DNA from: Marsupella aquatica
Taxonomy: Eukaryota > Plantae > Marchantiophyta
Assembly (NCBI GenBank): GCA_973895155.1
Contig: OZ316892.1
Coordinates: 13,513,270-13,577,269, forward strand
Direction: 5' to 3'
DNA length: 64,000 nt
Part shown: positions 35,901 through 50,900 of the stretch, piece by piece
Layout: every line of letters begins with the position of its first letter
Numbering within the stretch: the stretch's first letter is position 1
Made by a program: the position numbers and the translations under genes
The notes under the pieces: model-generated
Databases searched by the model: none
The model's input: the letters and a program-made list of their open reading frames with translations, nothing else
Told to the model about the DNA's origin: nothing

Positions 35901-38900
35901 TAGGCTTTTTGATCTTCCTACTATGAGAGTTACTGAAGTCAATAATGGGATCTCAATAACCCATCATAGTGATAGTTTTTTGATAATACCGATCTTGGTC
36001 TTCTTTGTGACCTTGAATTCTTGGTGTCGATTGTCATTTCTAGATATTTCAAATTGTGTCCGGGACATGTTGAGATTTGGAAATACTGGCAGTGCAGGAG
36101 GAGAGCTGTATCTTACGCAGTTGGGTCTTCTTGGGGTGATTTGCTCTTGCCATGGCTCTCAAATGTCTGTTGCCAAATTTACCCAGGTAGACGGACCGTT
36201 TGTTTCTCATTTCTTTTGCAGCGTCACTGCCCTCATTGTGGCAGCTGCGAGCCAGGTCCTGCAGTATTTCTTATTTGCACTGTGGTTTTCGACTGTAACG
36301 TTAGTCTATGCTAAGATTGTATTTTGGTGATACTCAAGAAGCTGAGAGCGTTGAGAGAATTACTTGGAGTGTTGGTGCATCACGTTGTCAGGTGGTCTGA
36401 CGTCAGCCTTGGCATTTTTAAAAATACTCTTTCAGCATGTTGGGATCAACTCTACCAACCCTGGGAACGTCGTTGCGATGGATGGCACTGGAGAAAGTTT
36501 GGTGCAATGGAGGAAGACCCTTTTCTCTCTATATGGGGTTGATCTTCTAAACTTGTCAAGAAATTTGAATGTATTAGCTTACCGAACAGTGAAATGTCGT
36601 ACTTTTCGGTCCAACATGCCAAGAGCATTCTGAAGCTCACTCAAAATAATTTGATTTTATTCTTTAAATTCTTTTGAATGAGCACTTGGGAAGAGGATTC
36701 TGAAGCTCTGCAAGTTAGAAGTGGTTTAGAGACTAATGGAATGAGAATAGTGAAATTTAACAATGCGACGTTTTTTAGCTGTTTTTTAGCTGTTTTTTAG
36801 CTGTTTTTTTAGCTGTTTTTTAGTTCTTCCTCTTTAAGACGAGAACGATAACCGATCCTGTTTTAAATCTTGTGATGTAGATTAAAGTTCCCTATGATAA
36901 CCAGGGTTGGAACTGGAGTGAGGGAGCAGTCTCTGAATCTGGACCTACGAAATACAAGGCTGTAGTTACACAAAGCTGGCAAAAGGAGGTTGATGTGTCG
37001 TACAGTGGCGAGCCTTTGGTGAAGAGCAGACTGACTCAAGTTTGGGACGCATCCGTCTCACCTAGTCACGCAGCAAATTATCCATTGGCACCAAATTCAG
37101 CTACTTTGGGCTTATCGTCCAGTTTGGGTGAAGGGTGTGTACGAAATTCTAGAGAAGCATTTTTGAAGAATCTTGAAAGGGCATTTAGGAGCAGTTCGTT
37201 GGAGTTTGGATCGTGCCCGTCAAATGTGGATGATATGGGTGAGAACGTGGAAAGGTGTCAAGGCTTACCTGAAATGCAACCCTGCAGAAGTTCGTCCAAG
37301 GAATTCATCAATTTCATTAGTGGTAGTCAGCAGTTGATGTCTGGCCATGCTGAGCAGCAGGTGGCTGTAGAGCGCCAGATTGCGGTGGGCAGAAGCTTGT
37401 TGAAAGGGCTGGACTTTACTGGGAGTGAAAGAAGAGAATCTCAACAACTTGAGAAAGACAGTTCATTGTCCAGCTTTGAGTTGAAATTGGGGCAGCCCTC
37501 TCAACAGTCCCAGTCAGTTGGCCCCCCTTCATTAAGTGCTGCAAATCACATGCAGAGAGTTATGCAGAGAGGTATATAGACAGTATCTCTCCGTTTGCCT
37601 AGTTTGAAGTCGTGGATTTTCTCTGCCTGTTGTGCTCCATGTTGGTGAAATTGCAAAATTTTGACTCTTCATTCCATAGTGTCGTGGATCTTGCTCTTGT
37701 GTACACTCTTTTATATTTTGCAATGGGTAAGTTTTCAAGAAACAGGGTGTAACATTCTCTTTTTTGTCTTCATTCTGCCCAACTCTTTAGCTCTTTTCTG
37801 GCTCTTGGCTTGGATACAGGAGGACAGCAGAATGGGCAGAATCCTAGTGCAACAAGTGGAGCTGGACTTCAGAGTTTCTCAGGTCGCGAAGAACCTTCCA
37901 CCAATCGTCTATTCAATCAACCGAGTTTTGAAAATACAAGCTGTATGGAGCCAAATCACCATAGCACTTTCCGAGTTGATCCAAACAGAGGTGCCCATCT
38001 GGACCTTGAGCAGTCACTGCCTATTTAGACTCTGGAACTAACTGTACGAAGGTTTTTGCGTGAGAGGTCATTAAATTTTTACATTTGGGAGCACAATTGG
38101 AGCATCCTCATTGTGCTTCACGGGTTTGCAGTCATGGGCATATTCTCATATAGTATTGATTTTTGGGATTCTCTAAAAAGATCTCTGGTACAGCCGAGGA
38201 TGTCTATGGCTTTCGTATATATTTTAGTACTGTTCGCCTCCTCACCGGCCTGATGGAAGCTACGCGTTGCTGTGCAGGTATGGAAGGCAATGGCTCTGTC
38301 CTAGTAGATCATTCATCCTTCAAGGAGACTGAGGATGTTTCTTCGTTTAGGTTCGTGGAGAATCTTAGGGAGAGAGAGAACATACTTACTAGAGATTCTG
38401 GACAGTTTTCAACGGGAGTGAGGCGGTGGCCCAATGTTGCTTGTGTGGGCAGCAGTTTGAAGTCAACTGATACGCCAGGGATGAACTCTGAACATCCTGC
38501 CAAACGGTGGGCAGAGGAAGCTCAACTTCAAATGGGTGGTGCAGGAAGGCCCGTTACGCAGGGACACCAGGATTTGGATACTGTTTTGAGTCAGGAGTGG
38601 ATGTCGAAGAGTCGGCCCACAGATGGTCAAGCCACTGAGTCCTCTGGCACGATGGCAGGAAGAGGAGGTCAAGCGTGTTGTGGAGAGAACATGATACATA
38701 TTCAGAGGAACTGTTCACCTTCCTATAGAGGTAAGTCCATGTTATTTATCCAGCTGTAATCGAATCAATCGTAGTGTGCTCTGACTCTCAAAGCAGATTT
38801 TAATAACTAGATAGCAATTCCAAAATGGTCGCTCAGTTCCTTCCTGGTCAGGACATAAGAATGCTGGGCTGTAGCTACGAAGAAGTTTGGGCGGGATCGG

Positions 38901-41900
38901 TTGTTAAAATCAGATGTAGTACCTGAAATCTGCATATTTGGTTTATGACGACCGAAAAAGAAAAGAAGAGCAAATGTTGTAGTCAATCATACGTTTTAAC
39001 ACTTTGGTTTTTTTAGTTAATAAATTTTGGCTGGTAAACGAGTTTTACGCAATGGATAAACCAGTTTCGGGTTACCAAGTCGTTAGATCGTGATATCCAA
39101 AAGTATTCATATTTTTGAGACTGGAACATTGGAATCCTACTGCAATAATTCTTGCTAGGAAGAATGCCCTTTTGCTAGAGTTCTTGAAAAATGTCCAGGT
39201 TTAGCCCCAGAAACAATAAAGCTTTGGAATAAGCAATAAACAAAAAATTGGAATATCGAACAAAAGAACCCGTGAGCCCTCCACATATTCCAAAAGTTTG
39301 GCTTGCCATGCTGTAGAATACCTTATCTTTCACGAGTACATGTCCCCAATCTCCGTAATGCTCCTTCCCTGCGACAATATTATCTATCACCCGCCCTTAA
39401 AGAAAGTACCATTTTAAAGCAATCACTGGTCTTTCCCAGGAACAATCACTGACCTTTGAAACCACCAGACCTAGCCGATCTTTATGTTCAGCTATAGAGT
39501 ACACCTCCCAATGCCTTGTGTATTCGAGCAGAATTCCTTGAATTGATCTGCATTTCAAGTCTAGGATGGACTCCAGTAATATATTTTTATGCAGGAGATA
39601 GGAAGTGATGCCTACCTCTCTACTTGATTACTGGCTTTCCAGATCTATCATTCAGCCCTTTCCAAATTAATGTTAAAGCAATGAATTCTATGTATAGTCC
39701 AACAATAACGTCTGTATTCTTGAAAGGGGTATAGTTATGGTTGTCTAGACATGAATTTCCTATGTTCTCTACTGCAGTGAGAAGCCTATAGAATTCCAGG
39801 TCTCGGGAGTGGAAGTCATCACTTCTGGCAGATGTAGTCCTCGGCAAGTTGCAGCCAATCAGCTGACGTACAGAGAAACGTCCTTTTGTAAAATACGGAG
39901 ATATTGGTAGCCGATCACCTTTAGCTTATCGTTTACAGACAGCAAGACAATTGAAATGCAGTACTAGCAGTGCTATTGCAGTTCCACTCCAGGACACATG
40001 CGCATGCCCACACCCGTTCCCATTCCCATTCCCAGTCCCATACCCACAATAGAGACATCGTCTTAGTAGAGAGAACCTATGGTTTTCCTCACCAACAATT
40101 ATGTAGCTGTCTAATGGGAGATTGTCAATGAGAATTGTGTGATTTAGGACCTTCTTCCTTTCCCTTTGCGGTTGGATTGTTGGGTGCTTCAGTCGCCAAA
40201 ATGACAACCAGACATCTGACTTCGTCAGCATTGTGTATTCCAGAGGGCGGCGGAGACGATAAAGAACATTTTGCATATGGAGACATTATTACATCTAGAG
40301 GTGCCAGGGACGGGCAAGGATGTGTATACGTGAACAACACCAAGGCGACTACCACCATTTTGGAAGGGAGGATGCTTTCCAAGTAAGTCCTGGTATCTTG
40401 TATGGATAGTTTATGCAATGGGGTAGGTTCAGCCTAGATCCCTCCAGCCTGCGCGACGAGTCAAACTTCTCTGTAATTTCTGTTTATTTTTGCTTTGGTT
40501 ATGCCTATAGCGGCAAGAAATTGTACTTAGATACATTCGTGTTCAGATTTGGTGAAGATGGAGACGTTTGTTCGAGGGAAGCGAGTCACGAAGGGAATCA
40601 TACTGAACCCGACAGACAGAGAGTGTATAGAGCTGCCAGTCAAGGGCCCGTCACACATGATTGTAGCTCTCCAAGAGGTCGGCGATTCAGATCTTATCAA
40701 GCTGCTACCACCCAAGGTTATTCATGTGGGGCCAATTCGATCGAGGAACACTCCAATCAAGGCTGCAAAGAAGTTTCTATGGCAGGAGGCGCCCATTTAT
40801 CTGTCTCTGTTGCAGAGACTGATGGAGGAACCGACAAGAGGTTTCTTAACCAAGAAGGTTTAGTAGACAAACCCGGCTCAAGGGAAGCCAATCACGAAAC
40901 ATTTCAGTGGAAGGAAATGGCTGGAATTTTTGTATCAGGAAATGATACAATTCCAGATGCAGCACAGAATGATCTGTCGTCTCCTCGGGCACTAGCAGAG
41001 GACTTAGTGGCTAACACCTGCGCAAATGTCGACGCAGGTGCTGTAAGTTCTAAAGTTTCAGATAAGCAGCCGCCAGTCTCAGACGTTTGCTCCAAGAGCT
41101 CCGAGAATGTGATGAGTGAGTTGTCGGATGGTATTGGTGCAGAGGAGGAAGTGTCAAATGCTCACTGTAGTGAGAAGAACCCCCTTGGAAGTGCGGTGGT
41201 TGACGAAGCTTCTGGGATAGGGAAGTGCTCTTCGTCAGATGGCGTGGACATGGGCTTAATGCCAAACTTGAATATGTCATCAAAAGATGAACATACTCCA
41301 AAGGACGCATCCCCTTCTTCACAAGGATATTCCTCGTTATGTACTGCAGAGGAGGCTTCAAGGAAAAAGATTAAAATAACGTCAAGAGGAGGTGGCACTG
41401 TGAAAGGGCCTGTTGCAAGACATACGGGAGAAGGTGTCCTTGTTAAGACAGCGAAGGGGGAAAAGAAGAGAAGGAGGACAATGAAGTGGAAGTCGTTAGA
41501 TGCAGCTATAGGAGCTGCTGATTCTAAGAGGCACAAACTGTCCCGGTCCATGAATGTCGCAGAAAACTTTGATGCTTCCGAGAAACTGATGAAAGGATCA
41601 GATACATCTAACCGTTTGGGACACAAGAATCTGGTTGGGTTTTCTCCTTCTCATTGTGGCAAAGACAGTGTCATGAAAGCATTTAAAATGAAGGTTACTC
41701 AGGGTAAATCTGCGGCATCGAATGCAGAGCATGGGATGGAAGTCAATGTTGCGAATTGCACAGATTCGCTGCACATTGAAGAGAGAAATATCACGACAAC
41801 GGAGGCTCTGGTTATGCGGGTACCTCAAACTTTAAATCGAAAGAAAGCCAAGCGCAGTGGACGACCAAAGCCTGGTAAAATGAAGATGGCAGTAGCCGCT

Positions 41901-44900
41901 CAAGATGACAGTAGATGGCACACAGCATCAGTCTCAAATATGGGTACTGGGGATCCTGCATCCGTAGAGAACTCGATCGTAAAAGAGCCTGTTGGAACTG
42001 TCGGTGAAATGGCAGTCACGGTTACTAATTCTCTACCAAAACAGTTTTCAACACTGAAGGTGCAATCAAGAAAGACTGGACGAGTACTGCTCAGACGTCC
42101 CAGTCCTCGCAATGCTACACGTATGGTGTCCCTCAATGATATTATGAACAAACCGGAAGTTGTAGCAATTACAGATCCCAAAGCTTTAGTCGCCAAGGAT
42201 GTTTTGGGTTTTCCAGCTCTTCAGGATGGCTCCAGGGCATCTGGCAGTAGAGAAGGCCCAGAGGCTTGTGCTGCTAAGATTGTTATGAAAGCATGCCCTC
42301 CAAAAGTTGGGTTGGAAGCTGTTACTATTAAGGACTGTGGCAGATCATCGCCTTGGACAGAGGGTCCGAAAGGATGTGGTTCCAAGGAAGCTTTGAAATT
42401 GCCTCCCATGGAAGGGTTGAAAGTCAAGTTATGTTCATCCAAGAACGGCTGTGACGTTTCTGCTCCCAACGGTGGCTTGCAAGCATATCCTGCAAGGGGT
42501 GGGCTGAAAGTATCCTTTGTCAAGCAGGGGACGAAAACTTCCTCTCTAAAGAAGGACGTGAATGCAGATTCCGGCAACCATGGCCCAAAGACCACTTGTG
42601 ATGAGAGCTCGAAAGCGAGTTGTCCCAAGAAGTCCCTGAAAGTTTCTGGCCCAGTAGCGTCTGCTCTGAAGGATAATTTGAAAGAACTTGACTCGAAGCG
42701 TATGGTGAGAGTACCTGTCACGATTAATAGTTATGACGTAGAAGCTGTCAGGGCTTGCTCCAAAGCTGCTGCTACCAAGAATTGTCCCAAAGCCCCTGCC
42801 GCCAAGGTTGGCATGCCTATACCTGCTTCCAAAAGCTGTTCGAAAGCCTCACTTCCGAAGGATTGCTCGAAATCTGTTGGTGGAGAGGACCGCTTGAAGC
42901 CATCATCCTATAAAGATGTGCGGGAGGCATCAGGAGGGAAGGGGTTGAAAACAACAACTTTGAAGGAACGATTAAAGACATTAGCTTCCAGAAATGCTTT
43001 GCAAGAGACGTTCTCTTTTGATATTGACATTTTATCTGTTGCCAAAGATGTGTCAGAAGCATCAGAGTTGAAGGATGGTTTCAAATCAGTTATTCCTAGA
43101 GACCGGTTGGAAGCACCATTCAAAGCAAGAGCACAAGGCAAAGCCCCTAGGAAGCCAGACACTAGCCTTGCTGTGGCTGCAATATCGCATGGAGGTCAAG
43201 ATCAATTGTCTTCCCAAGTCTCCAATCCATTGAAGGAGTCAAAACAGACAACAAAATGTCATAAGCAGGAGGTGAGGAAAGTCCGTAGTCTTTATGAACT
43301 GATATCTGATAAACGTGTGCAAGGATCTGGTACTGGAGTATTTGAATTTCATGATGAAGAGATGGAATCCTCGGGAATTCCCAAACAGCATGCAGTCAGC
43401 AGGCGACGTATGCAATCGGACGCGACCTTTTCTGTTCCAATTCATTTTACTGACAGTAAATGTCTTGTTCCTCGAGGCGAGAGGTCACCAAGGGGTAGAC
43501 CTGCAAAGGCAAAGAACTGGTTCTTGCAAAGATACAAAGCAGGAAGTGTAAGTGGTGGAAACCTTGGAGCTGAACCGGTTGAAATTGTAGTGGGTAGGAA
43601 ATTAGTGCAAGACGTCCGGCAAACTGTTGGCCCGATTGACGCAAGATTGTGCCCGGTGACTCCGCTGAAATGGTCTCTTCAAAAGAGCAAGAAAAAATGT
43701 GAAATCGATGACGTGACTACTTCAAGTGCTCATGTGGCCTCCAGCCCAAGGAAAGCAAAGGAAATAGTTTGCAAAATGAAGATGGATAAGAACATGGACC
43801 AATCTCACAAAAGGGCTTCTGAGCCCGAAATCTCTGAAAGTCCTCTCAAAAGACAAAAGTTCCTTCAATCCGCTAAAACTTCCCAGGTCAGATCAGACGT
43901 TTTGAAAGTCAGACATCCCTTGCCCATAAGCATACGCACGACACCAACTACTCCCTCCGTGTAAGTTTGGAACCTGTGGTTCACTTGTTACACTTTATAA
44001 AGCTAGTGGGATTACAACGAGAAGTGACTAGAGATAATGGCATGCAGTGATGACGAATCCCTTTGTTTGTAGTCGTTTCGATTCAAACACAATAGACGAG
44101 CTGACCTATTCAGTTTTATATTGTATTGTTGGATTTGACGTTATCTGCTGCTTCGTGACAGTGATGTGGTGGGTTCAAAAGTAAAGGACAGCAAGAAAAG
44201 GCCCCTAGATACTGAAGAAGACCTCAACATTCCTGACATTCCTGGAAGAAAGAAGAGGTGTCAAAGGCAAAAATGGATTGACTGTCAAGTTCCGGAAGGA
44301 GTGGTTGAATGTTGTGTTTGTGGGAGTTCTAGTTCTGAGTTCCTCAATCAGATTGTGTGCTGCAGTGGTTGTCCTGTTAAGGTAATTATATCCGTCCAGG
44401 CTTGTAGTTCGTCTATTGAAGTGTACACAATCTATTCTATCGTACGCTGTTGAATTTTCTTGCAGTGTACTAGGGTTGACCAGGGTATGATGCTGTCTGT
44501 GGGTTTGTGATCAATGTCACAGGTACACCAAGCGTGTTATGGTGTGAAGAAAATACCAAACAGTGCCTGGTTTTGCCGCACCTGCAAGGCTACTGCTACA
44601 CAACCAGTACGTTCTGTATGCTTACCTGGGCAGTTCTTTTCCTTGGCATTATGAGATTCGTAGGCAATCGACGATCATGTCTTATACTCTATCTGTTTTG
44701 TGGTCAGATTTGTGTGCTTTGCGGATACGATGGGGGGGCAATGACTCGAGCCCAAAAGTCGAAGGCATTTCAGAAGGGTTTAGTAAAAGTCTGGCAAGAG
44801 AAAACAAATCCCAAGGAGAAGGTAGACATCGGCTCGCCCCATTCTGCAGAGTTCCTTGAGGTGGGCATGCGCGAAGACCAGTTTCTTGGGGATCGCCAAT

Positions 44901-47900
44901 ATCTGGTGGAAACATTCGACTCAAACAGCTGTTCTGTAAAAGGGAACTCTACAAAGGAGCTTTCAGAATTTGACTCAGATTACCTTGGTTCTGTAGAAAG
45001 GCACGAAAAGTCTGTACCTAAGGAAAACTTGACGTCTTCCAACACTATCTCGTCAGGTCTATTGGACTCAACTGTGGTGCAGTGGGTGCACATGGTCTGT
45101 GCTCTATGGATGCCCGGAACAAGGTGCCTAAATAATAGTACTATGGGGGTCTTTGATGTCTCTGGAGTTACGCAATCTCGAAGAAAGATGGTAAAGTCTT
45201 AATGATACCTCCCACTCACATTTCTTGCAATTGCATGGGTTTTTCCCTGATTGACAATGAGTTTTATATTGTACTACTGTTCGCCTCTGCAGAAGAGATT
45301 GCCCATGATCCAAATAGGAATTATAAAGTAGCATTGAAGTCCTTGATTTATGACTTGTAACTTTGGGAAGCTTTGTACATTCTTGGACCTATGGCTAGAC
45401 TGAATGCTTGGGTTTATACAATTGTATGGGTGAGATGTTTGCCGATTGATTGCAGCCTATAATCTTGTTAGGTTACGGGACACTTTCATTTTAGCCTGAT
45501 GAAGGGACAAAGCCTAAATAAAATGCAGTTGCCCATGCGACAATTCAAATACATCTAATTGTTATACAGCATGTTTCTTCAAAATCAGGTCGTTATCCCT
45601 GGACAGGTAGACAAGATAAGTCCAGTATTTTGTGACCAGCTTGTGTGATTCTCTGCTACTGGCTCTATCTCATTTTCGTGCATTGTTGTTACCAGGGCAG
45701 ATTGAGTTCCGTATGGACAAGAAGTCCAATTCATTCATCCATTCTGTGAGTCCTAGGTGGGCTGTAAACCCGTGCCTGAGTTTGAAACTAACCAGACTAA
45801 TCACTGTATATTGGTGGAACAGGTGTGCTCTATTTGTAATCGAAAGGGTGGTGCATGTATTCAGTGCCGTGTTGCGAAATGTGGTGTTCCATTCCATCCT
45901 TGGTGCGCACATGAAAAGGTACTTTAGAAATGCCCACAATCCACTTTTCATCAAAATTTAATACTACTGCCTGTTCTGTAAGAATATTGAATGACTGGAT
46001 TTGTACACGAAGTATACAAAGTGAAGAAACTGTTTGAAGTTACAGTGTCCTATAACTGCCTATGCCCTGTACCGCTTGTTTCCTCTAGTTTTACGAACCA
46101 TAGCCAGGGCAATTAAGTAGTCACTACCCAAACGAAGTATATGTACGCACTGTATTCTATGAATAATGTTACACTCTCAATTTAGTGAGTCTAAGGACAT
46201 AAACTACTTCACTGGACTTGCATGCGTTACACAAAACACTTTGTTAATCAACAGGTCCACAGCAACCATGACACGTAAGTCGTCAAATTATCGGAGTCAT
46301 GGTCAATTGAAAGCGTCCCTTGAATCCAATTTTCCACTTAGTTCGATTATCTTCGAGAGCCACGGTTTGTTTTGTTGGAGCCCACGTTCTCAGCAATATG
46401 AAATGCAATTAGGGAAGTGCTGAAGAGCATCGTTGATCTCTTCTCAGAGAAATGTTCTGAAAACAGATTGTTCACCGTATCTTCGCAATGCGGTAGAAAT
46501 TGATAAATTTCTGTGCATATCTGGTCCATGCATTAAATGTCAGAATTCTGCGTTGTGCATTAGGGCATCCACAAACACAATGGTAGTAGTGAACTTCTAA
46601 TTGCTCATGTTGGAATCCACTAGCCCAGTCCGCAGGAAACTTTCTGATTTAATCTTTAATCACTCTCCATGATGCCATGTAGGATTCAGAGTGGAGAATG
46701 TAATTGACAGAGTTCTAATTGGAAATAAGTTGTAGAACAGTTAGCGGACTCTTCGACGGTCACCTTAGCCTATTGTGAGAACTGCACGGTACGATAATAC
46801 GCAGTTTGTTGTATCAGAAGTTAATAAAGCTGAGGGGCCACTAACCAAGCCAGATACATGTACCTATACAGAATTCTGATATGTTTGTACGCTGCAATAA
46901 TTTGATTTCGTGTTGGTTAATTGTGCTGGGACACTATGACTGTAAGCGGTGAGTGCGCAAGCCAGTCACCAAGGATCCGGCTTGGACGATACCGTCTAAG
47001 ACGTCAGTGACATGTAATGATTGTCAAGTCTTACTGGTCGGTAATTCTTTGAAATTTGCTGAGCAGGGCTTGCTGCGGAGCGAGATTGTAGAGGATGGGA
47101 GTAATTCTTTGGAGTTCAATGGAAAATGTATACGTCATGGGGAAGGTGGTGATTTACTGAATGACAACCCTGATGTCACTGATATTGCGCCGGAAGAAAT
47201 TGGACTTCGAAATGGGACAAGCAGCTCATGCGCTCGTACGGAGGCAAGTTGTAGCCCTACAACCTTCCGGATAGCTACCGATAGTGGAATTGTCGTCTTG
47301 GGGCAATCTGCTTATTTGTGATTGTTGGCCACCTGTTCTGGAACTGAAATGTTTCCCTGTCTGCCACTGTTTTGGGCGTACAGGGTTATGCAGGGAAGTT
47401 AACCCTTGAAGAGAGAGCTCTACGTAGGCGGCAAGCCACAAGAAATGGCTCGGCTGCAGTCTCACCAGAGCAGGTTGCTGCCTGGCTAAGAATAAATGAA
47501 AGAAAAACCTGCAAAGCGAGGCGATTCTTAAAATCAGTGAACTCTGATCAAAAGACTGATCACAGGGTATAGTCTACACCTTTCACTTTTTTGTCCCTGC
47601 CATAGATCTCGGTCTGCTTTTTGGTTGTCATTAGTGTTGCAATTGATTATATCTTCCAGTCCCCTCAAGTGACAAGTTTCTGTGTGCTAGTACTTGATTA
47701 ATTCATTGCCTTACACTGGCTTTATATTGATCTCTTTCCACTTTTTGTCTTCTATTCTCAAGAATGTTTAGCTGGAAACAAGAATGAGGTCGTTTCCAGA
47801 TAAGTTGGCCAGTTTCGTCTGTTTAGGCTCTCAGTGTTATTTGTCTCCTTACTGTTTCAGGAATATTTGCGGTTCAAACAAGAACAAGGTTGGCGAAGGT

Positions 47901-50900
47901 TATCTGTATATAAATCTGGGATTCATGCTCTTGGGCTCTATACCTCAGAATTCATTGGTAGAGGTGAAATGGTAAGTTGCTGATTCGGTTGGTGATGGCT
48001 CAGTGAAATGTTTTATTAAGTTTTTTTCAAGTCTTTTATTGTTTTTGTATCTCCCGTTTTGGCGCACAGCGAAATATACTTTTGGTTTGTTGGAAATATG
48101 CACTGCCACCTGATTTATTTATCTATTTAAATTACGATACAAACGAAAAAAACGAGGAAACAAGTCGCGATAATACTCCCTTCAGTACTCACAGTTCTGA
48201 GAAGCCACAAACCAGTAAACTTTTCTTCCTTGGGAGGAACATTTTATGCGATTGGAGCTGACCTGGTTTTTGGGACAAGCCGAAATGTTGCTCACAAAGT
48301 GGGGTTAGCTGAAAGTGTGGGGAGGTTCATTACAACAGGCGGTTTGCTTTGTTGAAGCGCATGACAAGACTCGAGTAGCTAAGAAGTCTACCACCAGCAA
48401 TTGCCCGAGTATCTACAACACAAAATTTTCTCTGAAGACCGGGCAAAGACCATACTTAGGTTCTCCCATCAGTCACGACAAGGAAGAGACGGGTTAAATC
48501 CTGAAGTCACAGCTACCGGTCTAGAAGTGGTCGGTCGTCTGGACGAGCAGTGTTGGAAGAAACCTTGAGAACGACCACTTACAGACCGGTGTTGGGAGAT
48601 AATCTCAATATTTCGTATCTGGATTGGTGGAAGTTCCTCAAAGGTAGCAAATGGTGAAGAGCTCTCGACCTTCACTGCTCATGGTGCTGAATTCTGCTCG
48701 ATAGTCCTAGGACTTTGGGTTCACTTATTCTCTCTACTTAATGCCACGCAAAAGATTGAGGCCTCATCTAACCCGGATTGTCGTGGGTGTAAGTTGAATG
48801 CGTAATTGCAATCACTTCACATAGTCCACCATATGAGATTAGGTGATGATCAAAATTGGGTAAGAAAGAAAACGAGGATGATCACCGCAGAAAGCAATGC
48901 TCCTCGTTCAGGTCGAGGGATGACTTGAGGAGTTGCTCTAAATGAACCTGAAGGGAATTAGCAGTGACCTCTGTTTTACATTCGGAACATGGCCCAATGA
49001 TATTTTCAAAGCTTTGATGTTCGAATAAGACGTTAAGGGGGTTGAGGCAGACTACGTGGCAGCAAACCGAAGTAAACTTACTATTTAGAAGTCGATTGCT
49101 AAATTACATCTGGGGGTTGCCGCACTCCTACGCCCATCATGGTAAAGACGAATGTTGTCAGAAAGGTCTGATCACCTTACTTTTAGAAACTATAATTCAG
49201 ATGTGGGCAGATGAAGGAACAAAGCATGGAAGAGTCCTAAACGACGCAAACAAGGATCCTGGTGGAAATGAATACAGCTTCTTACCGTCTTTATTGGAAG
49301 ATTCTACCTTAGGTGTCGACCAACGTTAAGAGGAAGCCGGGAGCGGAAATCTAGATAGGATGAATAAATAATAAGAACCGATGATAGGGAGGTGGTTTTC
49401 GACAGTTGATGTGTGCAATAAACTTTCCTCCCTAGGTCTGAAGATGAAGGCTTTGCACGAATCAACATAATCCGGGTTCGTTGTAATTACAGTTTTGGTT
49501 TATTAGAATTTAGAATGTGGCGGGTTACAGGTGGTTTAGTTAAACTGAGAACCCTATTGTCTGCTTTTATTTCCCGTGTTTTCTTCCACCCAGGGCCAAA
49601 CGTTACTCCGGTACGTGACACTGTTTCTTATGAAAGAGATAGCTTAGCACCAGTTTTGGTATGTCGGTGTATTGAGCGTCACCTTTCTTTAATTTGCTCT
49701 GCTCCTCCAATCCATTGAACGGCTGTACACAATGACTGCTAGATCTTACTGACCTTTGGAGGAAGATTGTCTCAGCTAGTTTTAGCATAGATGCGTCGAT
49801 GGGAAGAAGATCTGGGCTCCTGTTTTGAAGAATTTTAGACGTATATGACGAAGGCTACCTTCTGAAAATTTCATCTCTATCTTTCCTATTGAGGTGGCTA
49901 TGGACTAGAGTAAGGGACATGGCTTTCAAACTCCTCGATCAATGACGAAGATGGTCTTGATTCCTTCCAGATACTTGAACAGGGCTCCTTATACCTTGAT
50001 AAATCAAGGGAGTTAGCAGATCTTGCCGGTGATACTGGATCAAAATAAAGTACCGCTAGTGTCATGGTCTTTGGGTCCCAGGGTCACATTATTCACACCG
50101 TCAAAATCTTGGACAATGTGAAGCAGAATTTGAACGTCTATTAAGATTCCCAGTTTCCACTGAACAGGAATTGTCTCCCTTTAGTTTCTATCTAGCGAGA
50201 GACTAGAACTGATCTGAACTAAATTGGATTAGTTTTGATTTTCGCTGGAGCCAAAGCGCAGGACATGACGATGGCTGGCTTAAGAAAACAAATCTGCAGC
50301 ATTATCACAAGCAGTGTATCTATTGTCCCGAGCTCCATGGTGGTTTAAGCTTCTAGTGAAATGATAGACAAGGTATGGCTGTAGATGTGTAGAAGCATAC
50401 CTGTTACCTTAGTTCTCGTGAGGACGATATTCTCTACCTCGAGTGCGATTTTCCTGTAGTTCAGCAGGGTGAATCCTGCTTTGAAATTCCTTTGAAATAG
50501 AAACGAGCTCATCTTCTAAGCTATCAGTCTACATATGGTTCCGCTCTTAGGAATCTGAAATCAAGTCTCACCTCAGCATTCACCTGCCACCACAAAGTAC
50601 AGCCAAACAGGCACCTGGCTGTTGTTTTTACCACAGAGAATACTCGGGGCTCTTTTTGTGACCTTAACATGTACTTAACCACAAAACGATCGGAATACCG
50701 CAGCCTTTTTGGTGGGAGAAAAGGAGGTTCTTTTCAATTGAACTGAAGGCTTCAGCTTCTGTGAGATACCAACAATAAACCTGATGGTTCTCCCTAAGGC
50801 GGGACGTTCCCCTACCGATGTATTTTGACATCCCACAGCTTCGGCAGAAGGAGTTGAATAGACGGACATGGGGACACAAAACTCGTGCTTGGCTGCAGGG

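Noticed and set aside
40413-43964. 1183-aa ORF as an independent gene
   Set aside because: Bounded by in-phase splice sites (40547, 43960); it is the largest exon of the SET gene.
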